A DNA stretch of 64,000 nt from Candidatus Aenigmatarchaeota archaeon (GTDB lineage: Archaea > Aenigmatarchaeota > Aenigmatarchaeia > CG10238-14 > SpSt-28). Under the pieces are notes generated by a model. That model was not told where the DNA came from, searched no databases, and worked only from the letters and a program-made list of their open reading frames with translations. The first letter of the stretch is position 1, and each line of letters starts with the position of its first letter. The position numbers and the translations under genes are program-made. Location of the stretch: positions 825 to 64,824 of the forward strand of contig JAVVFY010000001.1 in assembly GCA_032249395.1 (NCBI GenBank). The letters are read 5' to 3'. This document shows positions 57,432 through 64,000 of the stretch, piece by piece.

Positions 57432-59072
57432 ATGATGAAAAGTTTAGTTAGTTTAATATGTTTATTCTTGTCGGTTGTTTTCCTTCTATTTCTTTTTTCT
57501 AAAAGTTTCACAACATTCGATTCTTATTTTCACATGCAAGTTGCAAAACATTATAGAGAAAACTGGTTTTCAACTTTACTACAAAAAGTTGGAATGGTCG
57601 ATTTATCTACTTATCCTCCATTGGCACATCAGCTATTGGCAATAATTCCTCTTCCACTCGAAATAAATTATTCTCTCCTAACAATTATTTTTACTATTTT
57701 GCTTTCTTTCTACTCAGCAAAATTCATTACTTCTTACTTAAAAACAAAAAACAATTTCTGGTTAGTTTATTTTTTTGTTTTATTTTCTCCAGCTATTTTA
57801 ATAACAATTTTTACTTTTGGTCAGCTTCCAACTTTAATCGGCTTGGCTTTTTCTTTCATTTCTTTATACTATTTCTCCGAATTCTTGAATATGAAAAGAA
57901 GAGACCTTTTACTATTAGCTTCGCTTTCCCTCGTTTTAGTAGCTTATACTAACATTTTAATTTTTCTAATTTTAGCAATTTTTTATTTTTTTATTTTTTT
58001 GTTCTTCTTGAGATTTATAATCAGAAATTTGAAGAGTATTTTTTCCTATTTTTTTCTCTCCGCATTTCTCATTTTTTTGATTTATTACCCATTTTTCTTT
58101 AAATCTGTGGTTCAAAAAGAAATTCCTCACTGGTCTAGATATCCTTTTGAGGATAATTTGAATGCCCAAAGATTTATAAAAATGTATGGGATAGCTTTCC
58201 CAGTCTCCTTAATTCTTCCATTTATGATTATTTCTTTAAACAAAAAAATAAGGAAAAGAGCTTTAGAAATTTACATTTTAGCTATAATCTTTCTCATTCT
58301 TAGCTTAGGAACAACAACACCTTTAATAAAATTTTTTGGGAGCCACGCTTATTGGTTAACTTATGAAAGGTTTTTGTTAACATCATCAATAATATTTTTA
58401 TCACTTTGTGCCGCTCTTTTACCAAAATTTGAGATAATTTTCTTCAATAGAAAGATTCCTGTTCACGTCTTTTTAACAATACCTCTTTTGATATTTATTT
58501 CAACTAACCTTCTTCTACATGAGCACGCTCACTTTTTTGGAGACACGATAAAAAGAAGTGACAAAAATATAAGGGATCAATACACTAAATTCGCCCTTGA
58601 TTACCTTAACAATATTGAAGGAAATTATAGATATCAGACTTTTGGTTATGATAGACCTATAGGTGAAATTTATTTCTATTCAAAATTACCAACTTTAGAT
58701 ACAGATTATTTTACTGGCAGGACAATAAGTTGGATAAGAGAGTTAGGAATAGAAGAAATAGATCAAATTAAAGATGAGACCATGTTAGACGCTTTCTTAA
58801 ATCACGCAACTAATTATTCAATAAAATATGTAATCACTTTTGACGATTTCTATTTTAATTATTTTCAATCTAAGGGGTGGGAGTTGGTAAATCAAAATAT
58901 TTTTGAAGGGAAGAAGGTTGCAATTTTTGTAAATCCTGAAAATGTAGAAGAGGTCAAATTTAGTAAAGAAAGCTATGGATTTATAAATTACTTAAGGGGG
59001 ATACTACCCTTAGCTTTACTAACAACGTTTCTTATTATTGTTATAAAAACAAAAATTCAAAAATTAGAATGA
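57432..59072 (+). CDS. Polytopic membrane protein, possible GT-C-like transferase
   Basis: 546 aa with about 12 TM helices. FDSYFHMQVAKHYRENWFS...STYPPLAHQL follows TM1, and there is a C-terminal soluble domain plus a terminal TM helix. Confidence 0.45.
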   Translation: MMKSLVSLICLFLSVVFLLFLFSKSFTTFDSYFHMQVAKHYRENWFSTLLQKVGMVDLSTYPPLAHQLLAIIPLPLEINYSLLTIIFTILLSFYSAKFITSYLKTKNNFWLVYFFVLFSPAILITIFTFGQLPTLIGLAFSFISLYYFSEFLNMKRRDLLLLASLSLVLVAYTNILIFLILAIFYFFIFLFFLRFIIRNLKSIFSYFFLSAFLIFLIYYPFFFKSVVQKEIPHWSRYPFEDNLNAQRFIKMYGIAFPVSLILPFMIISLNKKIRKRALEIYILAIIFLILSLGTTTPLIKFFGSHAYWLTYERFLLTSSIIFLSLCAALLPKFEIIFFNRKIPVHVFLTIPLLIFISTNLLLHEHAHFFGDTIKRSDKNIRDQYTKFALDYLNNIEGNYRYQTFGYDRPIGEIYFYSKLPTLDTDYFTGRTISWIRELGIEEIDQIKDETMLDAFLNHATNYSIKYVITFDDFYFNYFQSKGWELVNQNIFEGKKVAIFVNPENVEEVKFSKESYGFINYLRGILPLALLTTFLIIVIKTKIQKLE

Positions 59073-60214
59073 AAGTTTGCTTCGTTTCTGCATATCCTCC
59101 ATCGAGAGGAAATTTGGCTGAATATGCCTATTTTTTAACAAAAGAATTAATAAGAGACGCTCGCATTTCTTCTTTGACTATTTTGGCAAATGGAGATTTT
59201 TTAAAAAGAGAAAGAAAAAGAAAACTTAAAATTATAAGATGTTGGAAGAATGATAGTTTATTAATCCCTCTGAAAATCTTAATAAATGTTTACAGAGAAA
59301 ATCCGGATGTAGTGCACTTTAACATTCATATGAGGAGTTGGGGAAGGAAAAAATTGGTTAATTTCTTTGCACATCTCACACCATTTCTAGTAAAATTTTT
59401 TCTTAGGAAAAAAGTGGTTGTTACCTTGCATAACATATTAGAGAGCGTTAACTTAAAAGAAATGGGAATAAGTAACGATTTTTTAACTCTTTTAGGAGCG
59501 AAGATTTCAACGAAGTTTCTACTTTTTAGCGATAGGTTAGTTGTGTTGTTAAAAAGATATAAAAGGATAATTAGAAATAGATACAAAAAAAACGTTGTGT
59601 ATATTCCGCATGGGACACTTGGTAAAAAGATAAGCAATATAAATTTTAATGGTTATAAAATATTAACTTTCGGATTCTGGTCGCCATATAAAAACTTACC
59701 CCTTCTAATTGAGGTTTTTAATGAGTTAAAGAAAAAATTCAAAAAAATAGAATTGATAGTTGCGGGAGGACCTCATCCTAACTATCCTACATATCTAACA
59801 ACGATAAAAGAGAAGTATAAACTTATGAAAGGTATAAAATTCCTCGGATATATTCCTAATAGAAAGTTGTCTAGCCTTTTTTCATCTAGCTCGTTAATAG
59901 TTTTACCTTATCTTGTATCCACTGGAACTAGTGGGGTAGTTCATTTGGCTGTCTCTTATGGTAAGCCAATTATAGTTTCTAAACTGCCTGACATAGAGGC
60001 TACTGTTAGAGAAGAAGGCTATAAAATAATATTCGTTAGAAAAAACGATAAAGTAGCACTAAGAAAAGCTATCGAGAGGCTACTTAAAAACAAAAAACTG
60101 TATTTGAGAATAGCAGAAAGGAATTTAGAGTTAAGCGAAAAATACTCTTTTTCAAAAATATCAAAAATGTATGTAAATCTTTATAGAAAACTGATTCCGA
60201 CGAATAATAAATAA
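59069..60214 (+). CDS. Glycosyltransferase family 4 (GT-B, Glycos_transf_1)
   Basis: MKVCFVSAYPPSRGNLAEY...ELIVAGGPHPNYP...LPYLVSTGTSGVVHLAVSYGKPIIVSKLPD. Confidence 0.8.
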   Translation: MKVCFVSAYPPSRGNLAEYAYFLTKELIRDARISSLTILANGDFLKRERKRKLKIIRCWKNDSLLIPLKILINVYRENPDVVHFNIHMRSWGRKKLVNFFAHLTPFLVKFFLRKKVVVTLHNILESVNLKEMGISNDFLTLLGAKISTKFLLFSDRLVVLLKRYKRIIRNRYKKNVVYIPHGTLGKKISNINFNGYKILTFGFWSPYKNLPLLIEVFNELKKKFKKIELIVAGGPHPNYPTYLTTIKEKYKLMKGIKFLGYIPNRKLSSLFSSSSLIVLPYLVSTGTSGVVHLAVSYGKPIIVSKLPDIEATVREEGYKIIFVRKNDKVALRKAIERLLKNKKLYLRIAERNLELSEKYSFSKISKMYVNLYRKLIPTNNK

Positions 60215-60251
60215 GCGTAAAACAATTTTTGTTTCTTATGAAATTATTAGT

Positions 60252-61604
60252 ATGAAAAGATTTAAAAAGGCTTTTTTAGTGAAGTTTGAACATATTTTTC
60301 CATTGATTCTTTTCATCTTGATAAGGCCTTTCTTTATTACTCCTGTTCCTTCGGATGAAACAATTTACATAAACATGGCAAAAGCTTTGAAAGAAGGTTT
60401 ATTGCCCTATAAAGATTTTTTTTATGCCCATCCACCATTTCAACTTTTGTTGCTATTTCCAGCAGCTCAAACAGGGAATTTTTTTCTGACAAAAGTTTAC
60501 ATTTCAATAATAGGTTTGGCTTGCGTATTCCTAACTTATCTTATAGCAAAAAAGATTTTTGATGAAAGAACAGCTTTTATAAGCATGCTATTTTTCCTTC
60601 TTTTCCCAGGATTTATAATTTTTGGAAATTTGGCAATGGGAACTTTCGAAGCTTTATTCTTCTTTTTATTGTCTTTTTACTTTCTTCTTAAAGAGAGGTT
60701 ATTAATTTCAGCTATTTTTATGTCTATCTCTATTTTCACTCGTTATTTAGTTTTGTTTCTAATCCCCCTTGTTTTAATATATCTATTTTTGTATAATAGA
60801 AAAATTTTGAAAGGATTTCTAATCTATTTTGCTTTCGCACTATTTGGCATTTTTTTAGTTATTTACTATTTCTTTGGATTTAAATTTATTAGAGACACGA
60901 TCATTTACCATTTTTGGAGCAACATAAAACTATCATTAGAATTAGCAGATTGGATTTGGCAATATCTTTCTCTTGGCTTCTTTACGGAATTCATTTCTTT
61001 TATTTCCTTAGCCTTCGGATACTTAAAAAAAGATTATAAACTTATAATTTTCTCAGCTTATCCTATTATATATGATTTTGTAATTCTCCTCACATTCAAG
61101 CAAGTAATTTATCATTATTTTGCCTTTGTTCTACCTTTTCTTTCAATTGCTTTTGGGAGAACATTTTCATCATCGAGATTTTTAGAGTTAAAAATCTTCT
61201 TAATTTTAATTTTATTTATTTCGTTATTTTCAAACTTCCAAAGCTTGATATATTATTTTGATAAAAGCAAAAACTATTTTTTTGACGAGCTTGTAAGTTA
61301 TACTTTACAACTTACCGAAAAAAACGACTTAATATTTGGGGAGCCAAGGAGTATAAATTATATATCTTTTGTTACCGATAGAAAAATCGTAAATAGCTAC
61401 TTTGATTCAGACTTGAAATATTTAAGTTTTGAAGGTTTCGAGAAGGTTGTTGAAGAAGTAAAAAAAAGTAAACCAAAGATAATGGTTGTTGATGCGAATT
61501 ATTATAAAACTCTTTATAATTATTTTGAAGGGAATTATGAAATAATAAAGGAATGGTATGTTCCAAGTTACTGCAATTTAATTTTAATGAAAAGCTTGAA
61601 ATAA
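60252..61604 (+). CDS. Polytopic membrane glycosyltransferase, GT-C (PMT_2-like)
   Basis: PVPSDETIYINMAKALKEGLLPYKDFFYAHPP follows TM1, then about 11 TM helices and a short C-terminal soluble domain. Confidence 0.65.
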   Translation: MKRFKKAFLVKFEHIFPLILFILIRPFFITPVPSDETIYINMAKALKEGLLPYKDFFYAHPPFQLLLLFPAAQTGNFFLTKVYISIIGLACVFLTYLIAKKIFDERTAFISMLFFLLFPGFIIFGNLAMGTFEALFFFLLSFYFLLKERLLISAIFMSISIFTRYLVLFLIPLVLIYLFLYNRKILKGFLIYFAFALFGIFLVIYYFFGFKFIRDTIIYHFWSNIKLSLELADWIWQYLSLGFFTEFISFISLAFGYLKKDYKLIIFSAYPIIYDFVILLTFKQVIYHYFAFVLPFLSIAFGRTFSSSRFLELKIFLILILFISLFSNFQSLIYYFDKSKNYFFDELVSYTLQLTEKNDLIFGEPRSINYISFVTDRKIVNSYFDSDLKYLSFEGFEKVVEEVKKSKPKIMVVDANYYKTLYNYFEGNYEIIKEWYVPSYCNLILMKSLK

Positions 61605-61628
61605 TTTAACTATAAATTAAATAAAAAT

Positions 61629-62618
61629 ATGAAGAAAGCTAAAAAAGGTCTTGACTTTAAATTTTTTGCTTCTCTAGCTTTTATATTAATAATTTTTATA
61701 ATTCCAAATTTGTATTCTTTTATTATTCAGACCTTTCTTTCTAGGCTGATGGTTTTAGTTCTCCTTCCATCTTGGTTTTTGAGTATTTATCTATTTACAT
61801 CGAAAAGAGTTTTCGGTTTTAAAGTAAGAAAAGAGACTAAATATAGAGCCTTTTTCTACTCTATTTTCATAACTTTTATAGTATTCTATTTTACATTTAT
61901 TTCTAAAAATTTGACATTTATACTTGCTCTAACATCTCCAACACCTACAGCACCTACATGTGATTGCTCTTATTGTGGCTTTTATTCTAGTTGCTCTTCT
62001 TGCAATGAGTGGCAAGATTGTATTCAACAAACTTGTTTAGCTAGCGGTTGCACAGCTAACACAAACTGCTATAATTGCGAGTGGAAATCTTGTTCAAACG
62101 TAAAACCAAAAGTTTATATTTTAACTCCATTCATCGTAAGTGGAGGAAACTTAGGCATATCAGTAGTTTTTGAGTGCAGGGAATGGAGTTCTTCAGCCAA
62201 AAACTTAACATTATCTTTAAAAATAGACAACCAGGATTGGAAAGAATGCTTCTTGAACAATAAAGGTTTAATGACAGATTTTGGATGGAGTAGCAATTGT
62301 GACAATATGATGTCCGGAAATTGTGGTTCTAACAATCAATGGAGTTGCGATTCTCAAGCTTATTGTAAACATCAAAACTACAATTTATGGGTAAAATCCA
62401 ATTTTAATAATCATTATGTAAATGTAACGTTCATTTGCAAGCTTCCTTATTTAAGTGGGGGTTCTCATTCATTAACAGTAATAGCAAAAGTTTATGGAAG
62501 CGAGATAACCTTAAAACCATCAATAATGACTTTTAGAGTTTTGGAAGCAAGCGAAACAAAAATATTTGAAGTCCTTTTATTACCAATAAAAATCTTAAGA
62601 AATCTTTTACCTTTCTAG
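61629..62618 (+). CDS. Membrane-anchored cysteine-rich extracytoplasmic protein
   Basis: Three N-terminal TM helices, then PTPTAPTCDCSYCGFYSSCSSCNEWQDCIQQTCLASGCTANTNCYNCEWKSCSN and further Cys pairs. Confidence 0.5.
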   Translation: MKKAKKGLDFKFFASLAFILIIFIIPNLYSFIIQTFLSRLMVLVLLPSWFLSIYLFTSKRVFGFKVRKETKYRAFFYSIFITFIVFYFTFISKNLTFILALTSPTPTAPTCDCSYCGFYSSCSSCNEWQDCIQQTCLASGCTANTNCYNCEWKSCSNVKPKVYILTPFIVSGGNLGISVVFECREWSSSAKNLTLSLKIDNQDWKECFLNNKGLMTDFGWSSNCDNMMSGNCGSNNQWSCDSQAYCKHQNYNLWVKSNFNNHYVNVTFICKLPYLSGGSHSLTVIAKVYGSEITLKPSIMTFRVLEASETKIFEVLLLPIKILRNLLPF

Positions 62619-62650
62619 AACTTTTTATTTGTTAAAAGCAAATTTAATCA

Positions 62651-63595
62651 ATGAAAAGAAATCTAATATTATTGGTCTTCTTATCTCTCTTTCTTTTTCA
62701 TATTGTTAGGGCCCAAGTAAATTTACAACCAGCTACTGTTACTTTTGTTGTCAATTCAATCGAACTTTATGCTGTAGATGATTATACAGGAGGTAAGCAA
62801 TATATTGGTCTTTTTGGAGATAAAACAAGAATTGACATTTTATGGGATGTAAGATACAATCCAGAAAGTTTAGATCCTATAAATGTTACTTGTTGGCTAA
62901 ATTGTAAAAACAATACTGACGTAACTCAATGTTATGGTTTACAAAACTGTAGCTACCAAGGAAAAACGGGACCAGCAGCTTGCACAATTTTAAACCCAAA
63001 CTATAATTATTCTGTTATAAACAATATAACTTGCAAATTCTTCAACCCAAATTATCCAGCGCTTGATTATAGACTTCCAGACGGAACTTATCCTCAAAGA
63101 GTTTTTTACCCAGTTAGATATACAGTTTCAGTAAGCGGAGGAACTTATTTAGTTGGAAGAACAATTAGCTTGCCAATAAATTTTGTTTCCTATAGCTTTT
63201 TGAATGGCAATTATACAGGGTTTGCCTATACTCAACCAACATCTTTCATTTCAATAGATAATAGTTATAATACGACAAGTGTTCTAAAATATTCTCAAAT
63301 AGATACAGTTTATCCTAAAATAACAGTAATTTATGCGAGCGGAAAAACAACACTTTACATAAACACAACAGCAAATGAACTACCTTCTTGCAACTCCGTT
63401 AATGATTGCTCAGATATAGTTACTCAAGCTTACCAAATAAAAGCTTGCATTCAAAATCAATGTCAATACATTTTCACAACAGAAATCGGTTCTGCTTACT
63501 TAAGTCTACCAGAATACGGGACGAAAGAATTAATAATACTTCTTTTCGGAGCTACGCTTATTTTTATTGCTGTTTTAAAACTGAGAAATCTTTAA
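62651..63595 (+). CDS. Secreted, C-terminally anchored Cys-rich putative surface glycoprotein
   Basis: Signal peptide MKRNLILLVFLSLFLFHIVRA|Q and a C-terminal TM helix ELIILLFGATLIFIAVLKL. It has 8 N-x-S/T sequons (NVT, NNT, NCS, NYS, NIT, NYT, NTT, NTT). Confidence 0.55.
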   Translation: MKRNLILLVFLSLFLFHIVRAQVNLQPATVTFVVNSIELYAVDDYTGGKQYIGLFGDKTRIDILWDVRYNPESLDPINVTCWLNCKNNTDVTQCYGLQNCSYQGKTGPAACTILNPNYNYSVINNITCKFFNPNYPALDYRLPDGTYPQRVFYPVRYTVSVSGGTYLVGRTISLPINFVSYSFLNGNYTGFAYTQPTSFISIDNSYNTTSVLKYSQIDTVYPKITVIYASGKTTLYINTTANELPSCNSVNDCSDIVTQAYQIKACIQNQCQYIFTTEIGSAYLSLPEYGTKELIILLFGATLIFIAVLKLRNL

Positions 63596-63603
63596 AATTT
63601 TCG

Positions 63604-64000
63604 CTAATAATTCAAGCAAAACTTTCTGATTTTCAAAAGTTCGAGAAACATTTTTATTGGAGTAATAAAACTTATTTTACTCTTTCCTTTTTTCCTTTCT
63701 TCATAAATTACAGGATAGTTGCAAATCTTAAAACCAGATTTTTTTGCTTTGTAGAGAAATTCAACATCCCAGGCCCAAGAATCTGCTTTAAAATCAATTT
63801 TTTCCTTAACTTCTCTTCTAAAAGCCCTAAATGTTGATTGAGTTTCAATTGTTAAGCCAAAGAGCAAAAACACAAGAAATCTAAAAGATAGACCGAGCAA
63901 CTTTCTGTAGAAAGCATCTTTTCTCAATCTTCTAGTATTTACTATATCACATTCTTTTAATTTCTCAACTAAAGCAGGAATTTTTTCAACTGGATGTTGC
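63604..64000 (-). CDS. Glycosyltransferase family 2 (dolichyl-phosphate sugar synthase-like), C-terminal part; the gene continues past position 64000
   Basis: The frame is open to the window edge: QHPVEKIPALVEKLKECDIVNTRRLRKDAFYRKLLG...AFRREVKEKIDFKADSWAWDVEFLYKAKKSGFKICNYPVIYEERKKGKSKIS. The tracked Met is an internal TTG. Confidence 0.7.
   Translation of the reverse strand, partial: QHPVEKIPALVEKLKECDIVNTRRLRKDAFYRKLLGLSFRFLVFLLFGLTIETQSTFRAFRREVKEKIDFKADSWAWDVEFLYKAKKSGFKICNYPVIYEERKKGKSKISFITPIKMFLELLKIRKFCLNY

Noticed and set aside
63406-63837. 143-aa + strand ORF overlapping the end of the surface-protein gene and the GT2 gene
   Set aside because: It is out of frame with the 62651..63595 gene and antisense to a GT2 gene with clear motifs. 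Its composition is low complexity.
1-64000. CRISPR arrays, cas genes, rRNA genes and recognisable defence operons
   Set aside because: No regularly spaced direct repeats or GC-rich rRNA-like stretches were seen in any intergenic region. The only GC-rich structured segment is the tRNA, plus one short hairpin.

Overview
The window is an AT-rich, gene-dense archaeal chromosome segment. The gene content looks like a small-genome DPANN or Nanoarchaeota-type archaeon (fused PriS-PriL primase, compact SMC, fragmented ribosomal-protein operon, archaeal A1-U72 tRNA-Gln); this placement is an inference. Positions 1-35 kb are mostly information-processing and housekeeping genes: AglB oligosaccharyltransferase, SerRS, Hsp20, S27e, L44e, GINS, primase, MinD, PheRS alpha and beta, TrpRS, S6e, an endonuclease IV-like protein, enolase, prepilin peptidase, an S17-L14-L24-S4e-L5-S14 block, a secreted nuclease, CDC48, SMC, HIT, a ThyA fusion, DedA and AlaX. 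Positions 35-64 kb are a cell-surface glycosylation island with GT2 and GT4 transferases, at least five polytopic GT-C-like membrane proteins, methyltransferases, an ATP-grasp protein, an epimerase, a radical SAM protein, a pyruvyl transferase, a CapK-like ligase, a GH99-like hydrolase, a LamG protein and Cys-rich surface proteins. The island also carries an IS remnant and several disrupted genes. The main observations are: (1) an unrecognised ~115-aa 'RW...C-x-IP...D-x-RCLS' repeat domain, seven copies fused to a 1417-aa GT-C protein and two more in a paralog, most followed by a conserved N-glycosylation sequon; (2) a tRNA-Gln(CUG) that only folds if a 12-nt intron at non-canonical position 29/30 is removed; (3) a 488-aa LAGLIDADG intein in the D1 ATPase domain of CDC48; (4) decayed MNT/HepT toxin-antitoxin cassettes, one abutting the tRNA; (5) an MtrA-like/ThyA fusion and a Tat-signal/coiled-coil/GH99-like fusion. 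I found no rRNA, CRISPR array, reverse transcriptase or recognisable defence operon. All calls rest on reading the translations and sequence by eye; no database search was run.
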